Assembly: GCA_013239625.1 (NCBI GenBank) | Contig: MU054323.1 | Coordinates: 5,383,220 to 5,447,219 of the forward strand | Origin: Lama guanicoe | Taxonomy: Eukaryota | Length of the DNA stretch: 64,000 nucleotides | Direction of reading: 5' to 3' | Shown: positions 27,141 through 40,211 of the stretch, in pieces | Numbering within the stretch: position 1 is the stretch's first letter | How the letters are laid out: each line of letters begins with the position of its first letter | Position numbers and translations under genes: made by a program | Notes under the pieces: generated by a model | What the model was told of the DNA's origin: nothing | The model's input: only the letters and a program-made list of their open reading frames with translations | Database searches by the model: none

Positions 27141-30049
27141 GTTCACCAGTGTGTCATCTCGCTGATTTTTGGTGTTAAGCCTGGGATAGTGAATGTTCTT
27201 GACAAACATTTCTGAAAGAATGAAGGACTGAATAAATGAATGGATGAAGCGGTAAAGCTGTGGTTTGACTCAGGTGTGTCTGCTTCCGAAGGTTCTACTT
27301 TTTCCCTTGCAGCATACTCTTCGCTTTATAAATAAATGTATTGCTGGCTTCTTTAAAAGAGAGAATGTTGCATATAAATTTTCGGAAGATGACGTGCTAT
27401 ATGGAGGGAAGCCTGGATTGTAAAATGCACTCCATACTGGTGACATTAAGACGTGCCAGGTCTGAGTTCCACTCCTGCCTTTAATCATTGAATTGGCTTG
27501 TCTGGATATGGATAAAGCTTTAGACTGGCTGGAGAGTGAGTCACTCTAGCCCCTCCTCTCCTTTGGCTCCACAGACTCCATCACCACTCTCCCTGGGGTC
27601 TTTCCCTACTCTTCAGGGCTCCCCTTGACACTCAGATGAATGCACTTGAGTATACCCTGTCTGTAGGAGTCTGTGTCAGGACCATGGGCAGCTTCAATCA
27701 GATAGCTATTTCCAGTAAGAAGAGATGGCCAGTGATAGGTGAATGCAACTCATTCCATCACATGAAGAACTGAAGATACTGACTTGCCATAAATGGAACA
27801 AAGAGAAGGGAAAGCCTTTTCCAAATCATGAATTCCCGAAAGCAAATCAGGAGGTAAGGTAAAAGTGCATTCTTTTTAAAATCAGGGGACTGTCTTCCAC
27901 ACCCCTGGGTCCTTTGTTACAAATTCTCAGTAAGCAATCAGAGACAAGTTCAGAAACCAAGAGAAAACAGAGAGAGGGGAGACAGACCACTGCAGCATGT
28001 CACCATTGACCCTCATAAGGACAGTTAACCTTCCTGCCAGCCTGCCTAGCAAGTAACCCTGCTTCCTCCCTATTTTTGCCAAGGGTTTTCAAGTCTATTA
28101 CTAAAATTTGCAATGACTCCGGACTCTCTGACTCCATCTCCTAAGCCCACATGTTGTCAGGAGACAAAGGACCCATGTGTTGCAAAGGCTCACATGAAGG
28201 TACACAATTACCAAAGACCATGAGAGGCACATGGAAATACAGGGCAAGGCTAACAAAGTAGAGAGAAGAGATGGTCTTGCAGAACACCACTTAATGGAAG
28301 AAACAGCAGTTCATAAGTAAAGTCACAGCACAAAACTACATTTCCAAAGCCTTTTGGCTTCACACTCTGCTTTGCAAAACCTTTGCACCACAGACTCTCT
28401 CTAATAGCCTGAAAGTACCACCTACCCCATCACCAGCATGAATTGGGTTTTCTCCAGAAAGAGCGATGCCGCAATGCAATCTGGTATTTGTACAGAAAAT
28501 ACAACAGCAGAGGAAGAGGGAGGCACACACCAGAACATCTGCTCAGAGACATCATCTGAGAAACAGTCAAGCACTCTCAGGACGGAAACATCTGCACAGC
28601 TCCACATTCCAGGAGCCTTGAGTTGCAGGAAAGGGGGAACCTAGAGAAAAGAGCAGGGAGAGGTAGGACTCAAACGAAAAGGAGATCAGAAATTAAATGA
28701 TTCAGATGATGTGGAAGGAGATACTGAGAATAAAGATGCAGAGGGTAAGGAAGGAGAAGGCTCTCTGGACACGCTGTTTTGGTAACTGGATGGGTAAATG
28801 GATGAGGTGTATCTCCCTAGATGACACACCTCACCTACCTCTGCATATACCTCTATGTTGACAGCTCCTAAACTTCTATTTTAGATCAAACCTTTTCCTT
28901 TGCTTAGATCTACATAACCAACACCATTTCTGCTTCCTCACAGGTACCACGATTAATAGTTTCCAAACTAAGACTGACTGGTCTACATCTCCAGAGGCTG
29001 CCCCTTCCCATCTTACTCCAGGCTGTATGAAATGCACCTCTGTGTTCCCATAATTTCCAAAGCACCATGTTGTTATAGTTCTCATCACAGAACATTTTAG
29101 TTGTGTATTTACCTCTCTTCCCCAAAGACTTGAGCCGTTCAAGAATTGGAAATGCCTCATTCATATGGATCTAAATATAAGGTAGGCAGTTAATGTCTCC
29201 TGAATGAAAAGATGTACAGCCTAGTTAGAGACACCATCATCGCATGTCCCACAGGAAGTCATCCTAAATGCCTCCTCTTCTCTCACTCTCACGTCCAAGT
29301 GGCCAAGTTGTATATTTACTTACCTTCTACATAACTTTTGAACATTTTGTACATTTCCATTTTTAACCAGTCTCTCCCCAACCCTAACCATCCAATTTTA
29401 CCACCCCCCACCCTGTTTCAACTCTAGAAGATCTAGAGGCAGTTAGTGAGTAAAAAAAAGGAATTTAAAACCCTAATTGTTCAATACAGAAAAAGACAAA
29501 TCCCTCTTTCTACACAGGTAAACAGACCAAAAACTCCCAAAGCAAAAGGAGAAAAGATCTATTAGCTTTACGTATGCAGTACTGATTATTAATGGAGCTG
29601 GGCATTCTAGTTATTGAACAAAGACTGAGGGACTAGACTGACTATAAGAACTTTAGTTTCTAAAGAGAGACTAGAGAAGCCATAGAACTTTCCTTGCATT
29701 TTATCTAAAGAGAAGGAAAGAACTACAGGAAGGATTTGAAGGGACAGAGGGAGATTAAAGTTGCCATATTGCTGTGTTCTGTAAGTTCTGCTTATTCAAC
29801 ACAACATTTCCCTAATTTGTATGAAAATATTTTAGAGTTCAGTTGAGTTGTAGTTAAGTAGTTAACATAATTCCATGGTTTACAGGAATTTAGTTACAAT
29901 AAGTTTTATTTTGACTTGGCAGCTTTCCAGTTATGAAGCTAGTATGTCTCCTCCCCCATGTCTCAAGCAATTTGAGGGCCCTTGGGTAGCTCATGGGTCC
30001 TGTGCACTGTGCCTGCAGAGCCTAACAATAAATCTGCATGGACTCACTA

Positions 30050-30605
30050 CACTCACTCAGCCAAAGTGCACTTTCAGATTTGTAAGTTGGAGCATATGGT
30101 TCCTCTATCCAAAGTTCTTCCATTAATCCCAGTCACCTACAGGATAAAGTCTAAATTCCTAAATAGGCAAGCATGACCTTTAGAGCCTGGCCCCAGGTTC
30201 CTCTCCAGCCTCATCTCTTGCCACTACATGCCACCATGTTCCACCATTGTGGGAATTCATGCAAATGCACACATGAAGGCACTTTAAACATGTTTTTACA
30301 TTGTCTAGAATTTCCTTCCCTGTCTCATGTATCAAGTGAAAGTCTTTATCTTTTTTTAAAATTATTTATGTATATCACTAACTCTCTGAAACCTTCCTGA
30401 ATCTCCTTCCCCACCCCTAGTCATAGGTTATCAGCCATCCTCCTACTGTGGCTTTCATCACATGCACCTGGCGACATACCTGTTACACGTCTGCCGCAGC
30501 ATCTGGACAGGGAGGGTAGGGATGAATTTTATTCAGTCTTGTTTCTCAAGCATTAAACCTAAAACTCCACATGTATTAGTGACTAAATAAGCTTTTGTTG
30601 TACTA
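30050..30605 (+). mobile_element. L2 3' fragment
   Basis: tcacctacaggataaagtctaaattcct and ctctgaaaccttcctga are L2 motifs. Confidence 0.7.
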
Positions 30606-31149
30606 ACACACAAAGGAATATAGTGCCAATGTAAATTACAATGATTTGGACACTGTAAAGAATATACTCATTAAAAGGAGGAAGTTTAGGCCCAACTAGG
30701 TGAAGAGGCTTTAAGAGAAAAGGACTTCAAATACATGATTATGTTAATGATTTAAATCCCGGAGAATGTGAAGGAGACATAGAAAATTATAGAAAAGCAA
30801 ATATTATTTCAGGCTAAAGAGGAATAAGATTGATTCTACACTCTAGAGATAGGTTGTCTTGACATCAACCCCTGGCAAGATTCTATAAAATACATAATTC
30901 AGTTATGTATGATCCAATTAAATTTATAGAAGAAACAACAATTACTAGAAGCTAGCATTTCTCTCCTTTAAAAAAAATCATGTCTAAAATCACTATTTTT
31001 GCTTTCTCTACATTATTAGTCTGATAATTCAGAACCATGAGGTAGCTATAAATAAAAATTAGTCAAACCACTTACTTGGATCATCACAATATTGTCTTAA
31101 ACAAGAAACAGAAATACTGAAATATGAGTTAATTCAAGTACTTTGACAC

Positions 31150-32254
31150 AAAAGAACCCTCCCCTCTCCACTGATAACACAAGTCTAACCTCAAATAAGA
31201 AGCAACAGTATTCTACCAGCTGGGCAAGAGGAGGAGAGAGACACCCTGTGTGATGTGTTCACACTAAGACTACTGAAAGCTAAAGGTTGAACAGCAACAC
31301 TGAGAAAAAGCCTTCAGCACCATCCCCTACCCAAAGCACGAATTAAAACAACTCACCTCTATTCAACTTTAAAGGCAACGGTACACCTGAGGTAACTATA
31401 GTAAGAACAACTACCAAAACAAAAAAAAATTCAGTTGAAATACTACCAGACCGATTCAATCCTCTGCACTAATGGCCTAACAGAACCTTTTGTAAATAAT
31501 GCTTACTTCAGTCTTTTCTGTTTTTCAACATACCATCTCTGACATTTAATCAGAAACAATGAGACAAACAAAACAAGCAATGAAAGGAACCCACTGTCAG
31601 CAGAGAAAGTAGTCAATAGAAGCAGACTTAGGGATGACTAGAACTATTGGATAGGGACATTAAAGTAACTAAAATTCTTATTTAAAGGATCCAGAGCAGT
31701 GGTCAGTTAACGATGGCCTTCAGGACACAAATTCAACTTGCTTCTTATCTTTGTAAATAAAATGTTATTGAACACAACCACACTCATTCATTTACAATTA
31801 TATGACTACTTTTGAACTGCTATGGCAGAGAGACTATAGGCCCTGTAAAGCCTCAAATATTTACTATCTGCCTTTAAAAAAAAACCTGCTGATCTCTGAT
31901 CTAATGAAAAAGGTTGACAATATGCATAAACAAACAGAGACTAACAACAAAGAGATGGAAACTGTCAGAGTCAAATGAAAATGCTACCAATAAAAATTAT
32001 ATAAATGATGAAGAATTTCTTTGAAGAGCTCATCCATAGGGTGAAAACAGCACAGGAATAAATTAGTTACTTGAAAATATGTCAATGCCAATGGAAATTA
32101 CCCACAGAAAGATAAAAAAGGGAGGGGGAAAAACAGAATAGAAAATCCAAGAAGAGTAGGAAGTATCAAATGATCAATGGAAATGTAACTGGAGTCTCAG
32201 AAGGAGACAGAACAGAATAGAGGAAATGTTTGAAGTGATAACGAAAAAGAATTT
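31150..32254 (+). mobile_element. Ancient L1 5'/ORF1 remnant (L1MC/MD-like), interrupted by MER58A
   Basis: A-rich; ggagtctcagaaggagac then EMFEVITKKNL (32223-32255), resembling L1 ORF1 IFEEIMAENFP. Confidence 0.75.
31696..31898. mobile_element. MER58A-like hAT-Charlie MITE
   Basis: tttgtaaataaaatgttattgaacacaaccacactcattcatttaca...aaagcctcaaatatttactatctg. Confidence 0.85.
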
Positions 32255-32859
32255 AGCAGGCACTGTCACCTAGACTTACAGTTCGTTAAATGACTATGTC
32301 CGGTAATCTAAAGGGTTAATTAATAGGATAACGTAACTTGGACCGGAGACTTCCATAATACAAAACAGAGTTCTGATTTTCATCCTGTCCTTTATATATT
32401 TCTGCTAATGATTTATGTGAAATTGTACGTTTACTTTTTTTGTATGATGTTGACCTAAGACACAAAACAAATCACAGTGAGTGGACGAAGTCGAATCAAG
32501 AGTATCTAGGTAGGCTTTCTTGCACAATGGGCCAAACTGTAAACATAACCACAAACATTAAGTGTATAACACAAACCTGTAAAAAGAGAAGAGGCTTGCT
32601 TAATTACATTACATATCCAAGGTACAATGGATTTACACGAAAGGGAGTCCAATACGAACCAGTATCTGTGTTTGATGACTCCCAAACAAACGGACATACT
32701 CCCAAGTAGCACCTTGGGAGAGGTACAGAGATACAGAATTTACAGCCATCAGAGAGTCCTTTTCTAGTCTTCAGCTAATCTACTGAAATCGGTGAACCAT
32801 TTGACAACTACATTCTTAATAAGCAGACAAACTACACTGTATTCAAATGTAGTGGCAAG

Positions 32860-33220
32860 AATGATTGAGAGGATTTGAAATCACATCAACTAAACAAGAG
32901 ATGTTTTACTTGAGAGAAGTCAATGCAATCAAGACATGAAACAATTCTCACAAGTAGAAGAGGAATTAAACTTGTTTAATGTGGTTTCAGGAGACAGAAT
33001 TAAAACATGATTAGAAATTCCAGGAAATCAAACTGTAGTTTGATCACTGGGAAACTTTCTGACAGAGCTATCCAAAAGTGGAATAGACTGCCTTATAAAG
33101 AAGTGTGCTTCCCATCACTACAGATGTCCACATAAAAATTTTATGATGCAGAGAAGACTAACCATAGGATTAGTGTTTATGCACATGACCTTCCCACCTG
33201 AACATTCTACATTTCTATAA
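32860..33220 (+). mobile_element. L3/CR1 3' fragment
   Basis: aactttctgacagagctatccaaaagtggaatagactgcct...ttcccatcact. Confidence 0.65.
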
Positions 33221-33229
33221 TTCTGGAAA

Positions 33230-33990
33230 AAGGAAGCCATGTGGAGGAGAGAAAAGGGAAATGAAGACAGTGGTGGGACTACTCACTAAACTAGGATTAG
33301 ATTTGTTAGGGAGGAAATCTCACATTTCATGTTGATTTTGAAGAGCCTGTCAGATAACCCATCAGAAATGTTAAGTTGGCAATTAGTTACATTGTCTGGA
33401 GTTTAAAGGAGAGGTCTGAGCTACAGATAAGTTTGGATATATTCACTGCATGCTGCCCAACAGAAATATAAAATAAATTAATTTTTAATAATTTATTTTG
33501 TTTAACACAATGTATTCAAAATATTATCATTTTAGCATATATTGATATAAAAATTAATGAGATAAATACATTCTTTTGTTGTTGTTTGTAGTAAGTCTCC
33601 AAAATCTGTTGTATTTTATACTTTTATTACATCTTAATTCAGATACCCACATTCCAAATGCTCTATAGTCACATTTAACTAGTAGTTACCATACTGGACA
33701 ATACAAGCATAGATGGTCGTTGAATTCTTTAAAATAGATAAATATAGGGGAAAAAAAACTTCAGGATTAACACTGAGAAAACCACAAAAGAAAGTAAGAT
33801 ACCGCAAACAAAGGGGGAAAACCTCAGAAAGTGTATTGTTATGAGAGCCAAGAGAAGAGAGTGAAGATGTGTAGGATCAGTTATGTTAAATTCTGCTGAA
33901 AGTTCAGGACTGAAAAAATATCTGTTAGATTTAGAGATGCAGCAGAACTGGGTGCCATTAGCCGGACAGCAGCTATATGACAGTGGATTG
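33230..33990 (-). mobile_element. L2 fragment interrupted by a MER33-like element (~33450-33705)
   Basis: catgttgattttgaagagcctgtcagata (L2); taattcagatacccacattccaaatgctctatagtcacat...ccatactggaca (MER33 reverse). Confidence 0.7.
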
Positions 33991-36929
33991 AATAATGACA
34001 GTTTGAACTCTGCCAATCTCAGAACAAGGAGCAACGTGCTCAGACAGTATGGTTCTCGGCCCATTGTGCCAAGGGCCTTGGATCTTTGTTGGTTAATGCT
34101 TTAAAGGGAAAGAACAATTGGCAGGCTTCAGGGCGCCATCTCAGGAGACTCCCATGCAAGGTGCAGAAATTAAAGGGCTGCAATGCCTCCCTTCTATGCA
34201 CATCACGTTCTTTTGTAGTAGATTCTTTCAAAAGATGTAAGCTTTCTTCCTATTCTTCGGTCACAATCTGGTTTAAAAATTGTTCAAAGCATAAAATAAG
34301 GCGTTTCATCCTTTAAAAGGATTCCCTGGACATCTTTGGGCAAGGATGGGATGTGGGAGCATCTTCATGCATGGTTCTGAGATACTGATGGTGACTCTTC
34401 AAAGCTGACAGGTAGGCAAGAGGTGAATGGCACCACTGTGGTGGCCACCAGGGAACAAAATGTGTTCATGTGACCTAGTCTCAGCTCCATTCAGGTAGAT
34501 TTCCCTAAACCCTATCTGTAAGACACTATTAAATAAACTGTACCTGTATATTCTCCCAACCGCAGCAGAGACACAGCTAGGTCCCCCCACACTCTCACTG
34601 AGGGGGCCATCTCCAATAGGCTTTATCATTGCTATCAGCAGAGCTGCCTCCATTGGCCAGAGGCCCCCAAACTACCACCATTACAAGCAAGCACATCCTC
34701 TGGAAAAGAAATGGGATGGAAGAAAATGAGATTTTCAGAGACAACATGGCTTAGGCCCTGATGCGGTCTCAGTCCTGAAGCATTAGACTCTCTGAACAAA
34801 ACTTTAGGTTGAGGCCAATGGGTTCAAATGAAGATTCAATAAAGATTCTATTATATGGCCTGTTTGCCTTCAGTTGATACATGTCAAGTCTGTGCTCATT
34901 CACTTACTTGTACATCATGGTATAAAAATGAGAGAGATCTGAGTTCTAGCTCTGTGTGATACTGAGCAAAGCCAATCCCTTCTCTGGGCCTCAGTCATCT
35001 CACCCTTTCTGGTTCTGACATGATCAGATCCTACCTCCAGTGGTTCAGTGTCCTCAGGCTTCCCTACTACCCCAGGTCCTCCTAGGATCTGTTATCTTGA
35101 AAGCTGTTTTCTCCTGCCAGCTTACTCAGAGGATTCATGATGACTGTGGTTGCCATAGGAATGATTCACCTCACATAAAGGTGGCCGCATGAGATCACAA
35201 ATACTCAAGAGAGCTAGAAGCAGGGGGAAGTGATATTCAGCATCAAGAGAGATCTGCACTGAAGGCAGGTGACAGCTTAATGAGAGGGGGATAAAGTCCG
35301 TGCATTTTCTGTAACTCTCATGGGCATATGAAATTCTCTAAGAGCGTTAAGTGCAGATCCACTGTCGGACATGTCTCCCGTGACCCCTCCACAAGAACAG
35401 AGTGGAGTATGTAAGCTGCAAGGAAGCAGCCCCCTCTTCGCCAGCCACTCGATGAAAATAGAAGGTCAGGATAGCCTGGGGTGATCCTGGACACCATGCC
35501 CTGAGCATCCACTGCTCGCTGCTTGTTTATGATAATTCATTTGTCACTCACAAGAAAAGGCTAGAGACAATTTTGAAAAGATTTAGTTTCCTACAGAGAT
35601 TAATACTTGAACTCATTCTTTTTATTCTTGAGGTGGATCATTTGTATTACGATATAATCCAACTGCCAGTACTTCAGTGGTCATTTTCTTCTTTTCTGTC
35701 CCTAATAGAACTTCACAACAGCCTACACTCTAATTCCAAACCCAGACTCTGGGTATTGGAACTCAGGTGTGAACTGAACATCCTGCCAATCTCAGTCATA
35801 GACTGAGCGCCCTATCCCGGCCATAGATGGCCACTCTCCCGACCCAACCCTAGCCATGGAGAGAACCCTAATTCAGGCTACAGGTAACCCTGTGTGTGGC
35901 CAGAGAGGGACCACCATTAACCAGAGCCAGTTATTTGACAACCACCACAGAAGGAAGCAGAGGACAGGAGTGGTGGGTGGTCAGTGCTACCCAGTCCCAC
36001 AGGGGGCCACACTCGATTGTGCATGTCTTTCTAAGGATGGGTCAGAGGTATTTTTATTATGAAATATGATACATTCATTTTACAGTTTCCTAGCAGCACA
36101 ATGCCAATCAGGCGGCTGTAATCCAAGGATTCATCTTCTTTGTTATGAAGGAGCTGGGAGTAGCAAGGTGGGGGTGGGAGGACTTCCCAGTGTGAGACAG
36201 AACTGACAGTGTGGTTTGAGGATAAGGAAACCAAGCCTCTAGAAAAAGGAACCTCAGAGAGTTTGCCTTTCTTTCCTCAAACTCTTTGAAGCAGGAATTC
36301 ACCCTATTGCTGCTGCTGGCTTCTCCCTTCTGCATTAATTACTAGCGTTGATGGATCCAATTTCAAATCACATGGCATGTTCTTGAATCACGCACAGAGC
36401 TTGCTCTGTGCACAAAACATTGGCAGTAGAAGACCAATCAGGACAGGAACAATAAACCTTCTCGGGCCACTTCCCCTAGCATGTTGGCTAAGCTTTGGAA
36501 ATGCTGCGATCACTAAGTCAGGTGGTTAGGTCGCTGAGACAGTACCCTGTGGCTCATTCCTACTCTTTTGAGCACCTGCAAATTTATTACATAAGATATT
36601 GTTTTGTACTCAATTTAATTAGTTAGAACTATTTGTAGTCATTTGAAACACACTCCATGTTGATTAGAATAATTAGTGTAGGGCTACTAAATATTTACCT
36701 AAGATATGAATCCAGGGGGAATTTGATAAATTTAATTAGCAAGAACTAATCATTGTTATGATAGGAGTTAGGGTTTAATAAATATAATTACAGAGTACAA
36801 ATGACGGTTTCTTAATTAATAGATATTAGTTGCAAACACAAGAGCCATTATCATATTTTTATGCAGGACATGCTATTCAGCACACCTTCCAGATGTCAAC
36901 TCTAGCAGCAATGGTGACTTACAAAAGGA

Positions 36930-37155
36930 GAGCTCACACTTGTAAGCTGTCAGGCACAGTTTTAAGAGCTGTTGGCATATGAATTCGTTTAACTCTTACA
37001 ACAACCCTGTTGTTATCCACATTTTATAGGTATAGAAATTGAGGCTCAGAAAGGTTAAGTAACTTGCCTAAGATCACACAGCTAGGAAGCGGCAGAGGGA
37101 GCATTTGATCCCATGAAGTTTAGTTCAAGTGTCCCTGCTCGTAACTACTACTGAC
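36930..37155 (-). mobile_element. MIR SINE
   Basis: gaaattgaggctcagaaaggttaagtaacttgcctaagatcacacagctaggaagcggcagag. Confidence 0.88.
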
Positions 37156-40100
37156 TGTGCCTAAACCAACCAACCAAACGAAGATAAAAATAGAAAGTGT
37201 GAATGTTCAAAAGGGCAGCAACCAAAATTCTCAAGTCCACATTTCTACTCAAGTGTAATCGACCTGTTCTACTTGCAGGGATCATTTACAGAATTTTGGA
37301 GATTCTAAAGAGACCCTGAAGGCAGCTGGCCTTTGGCCGCTTATAATTGCGCTAGGTTTGGACTGGAAAGGCTGGGGAGCTGAAACTGACGTAGGTGAGA
37401 CTCGCTGCCTGTTCATTGGGGCTGCATTCCAAGAGCAGTCTGCGGTGCTCCCTTATCTGGCTCATTCTGCACACGCATCCTTTTGGGGAATTTTCTACCA
37501 TCATAGCAATTGCAAGTCTGGAGAATCAAGAAGGTATCAGGGGTCTACTATGTAATAACTTTGCGAAAAGTACAATTTCCACTCCAACAAATCGTGGGCA
37601 CGTGTCTCATTCAGTTTAGGATATTTAAGGCCGAGAGTCCTTTCACAGCAATCAGAATGGTCTTGAATCACTGCCTATCTGACTAGAGACACAGCAGGTT
37701 CTACGTGATCAGACACCGACCTCTTGCACTCCCTGTTAGGAAACGCCGTTCCCCAAGAGGGTCTGGCTCATTTCTAATGTGATATCAGCACAGGGCTTTG
37801 GTGATGTCCCTGAGTTCTGTTAATGAATTCACAGGGAATGTGCAGGCTCTCCCATCACACTCCACTTGGTGCCATGGATGTATCTATAAGGACAGTGACT
37901 CTCACCAGGGGAGAGTTACATAGGGTGATCCATGTCAGTGAACCTGCTACAGCACTCGAGCTGTCTTCAGCATTGGCTGCCTATTTTCCTGTATTTGTAA
38001 CAAATGAAAAGCTGAAGACGTTTGAGCCAGTGTTCAGGACCCCACTACAGACGCGTGTTTCAGGACGCCCTGTGGAACAGCGTAACCTGGGCTTGTCCAC
38101 ACCTGTGGTCGGATGAGACATCCATGGGCCAGATGTGAAAATTATCGATTGCAAACCCCAAATGACAGCCATTGCAGGAGGAAATACAGAGCAGGCATCT
38201 CCTCCAAGTCAAATGCTCTGTGCGAGCAGCTGAAACTCTTTGCTTGAGCCCACCTACCTCTCAGTGTTTCAGAGTGATGTGGAAGACCACTGGACTTGGC
38301 CTGTAAGGCAAGTCCTTGTTTTGTGCTTGAGGCCTGGAATGTGACACAGCTTACCTCCAAGGACAGCCTGGATGGCAGAGATCAGCTTTCTAAGTAGATT
38401 ATGTGAAAGCAAAAGTGCATGAAGAGGAAGCCAAACATGTGGGATGCTGGTTAGGTGGAGGCTCAGCTGCAATCCTCATGCTCTGCATTTGTGACCAGAC
38501 CAGACGTCTCTCCTTCAGTCCCCTGGTCTGGAAGCAGCCTTCTGAATCAGTAGGTCTCTCAGGAGGCAGATCAGGTTTAGGGGTAGGTTGCACCTCAAAT
38601 TAATCTCTCAGAAATACCCACATTCTGGCGTGTTTCTAAAGTTCCTCAAGCTCACATCTGAGCTCGCCTCACTTGTAATTGAGAGAAATCGTTATAAACT
38701 TTCCCAAGGTTCTGTGCTGAGTCATATAGCAGTGACCTTTTCCCTTGGTTATATGCTCCTGGATTCTGTCCACTGTTCAGCAGGAGCTCAACCCAAGGAA
38801 TGAGATCCTAATGAGTCCCAGGGTCAAGTTCATTGCACTTTGTGTGTAAAACTCTTCCTGTCCTTAACACCATTTTTACGTAACAATGGTATGTAAAAGT
38901 CAGTGCCTCGTGCTATGTCCCACTACACACATATTTTGGCCCCCAAATATGATCCAAGGATTTATGAAAGTTGGTCACTTTGTTGTAATTAAAGGAGTCA
39001 TTGGATATCAATAAAACCAGCTTGCTAAGTGAGAACTAAGGGAGGTCTAAGATGGAAAGTGAGTTGTGAACTTCACACTAGCAGAGGCGGGACCAGAACT
39101 CAAGTCTTCTGATCCGCATTCAGTGCTCCTTTCATCGTATGCAAAGTGATGTAGAACATCATTCTAAGAACACAGCCTCACTAACTGCCATTTTGAAATC
39201 CCGACAATGTTTGGAATGCATGTTCTAACTTCTTCCAAAATGACTAAATTATTCACATTAGCCACATGAAGCAAGACCGTTAGACTCAATGAAAGCATCC
39301 TCGGGCTTTTTCCCAGGAAGAAGGCTTTGACTGGCTATTGGAGACACCATTCCCCAGATCCCAGCTCGTATTCTTGCCCAGTGTCCTTCTCATCAAGAAT
39401 GGTGTCTTTCACCTGTGCCTTTGGGGACACTGGGAAGTATCAGGGCTTCATTCATGGGGCAAATGGGTAATTGTTACCAAGAATTTGAAAGAACAGCATT
39501 ACGGGGAGATTGCAAAACCCAGATTGTCTAAGGCCTGGGGCTTTCCATTCAAAGTGGAGTTCTGGAAGGTCTGGATTGGTGCCAAAGAGCAGAACAAGCC
39601 TGTAGAACACCTCTGTCGGGCTCAGCTTTGTTTGGAAGAAATGGCATTTCTCCCTCACGCTCAATCCTGAAACACAGTTTAATCTAAGGGGAGCAACATG
39701 GGAGAGGAAGAAAAGAAGATGAGAAAAACCAATAAATAGTAATAACAGGAAGCAGGAAAAGACAGGCCTGGATGTGCAATTCTTTTTGTGCCTGTTAAAT
39801 GAACTCTGGTGGGGATGAGGAGAGAGAATTATCCTATTTATATATTGAAAGGAATTTTAAATATGCATAGGCAGGGAGAGAGGATCCACAAGAGATTGAA
39901 ATGCAAAACACAGCATGGTCTGCTCGTCTCCCCTTCTATCTCCCAGCACCATTAGCAAGTTTCCTTGCACCAGTTTCTGGAAAGCTCCTTCTAAAACTCA
40001 GAGCTGCCCTTCTGCTTACTCAGCATTTCTGTCTTAGAAAAGCAATTCTATTTTTATAAAGAAATGGTCCTTCATTTGCAAAACACCTTGTAAATATATT

Positions 40101-40160
40101 CACACAGGAACACAGCTCACACTTCTACACTGATGAACACACACGTCCAACCAGGCCATT

Positions 40161-40211
40161 CACACACACACACACACACAGGCACAAACACACACAAACA
40201 CACATACACAC
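40161..40211. repeat. Imperfect (CA)n microsatellite
   Basis: Visible directly in the sequence. Confidence 0.9.

Noticed and set aside
27133..27156. 8-bp inverted repeat tgacacac/gtgtgtca
   Set aside because: Short, sits at a MIR breakpoint, and is too small for a pre-miRNA.
32308..32322. piggyBac-like end (aaaggg-ttaa)
   Set aside because: No matching ttaa-ccc terminus nearby.
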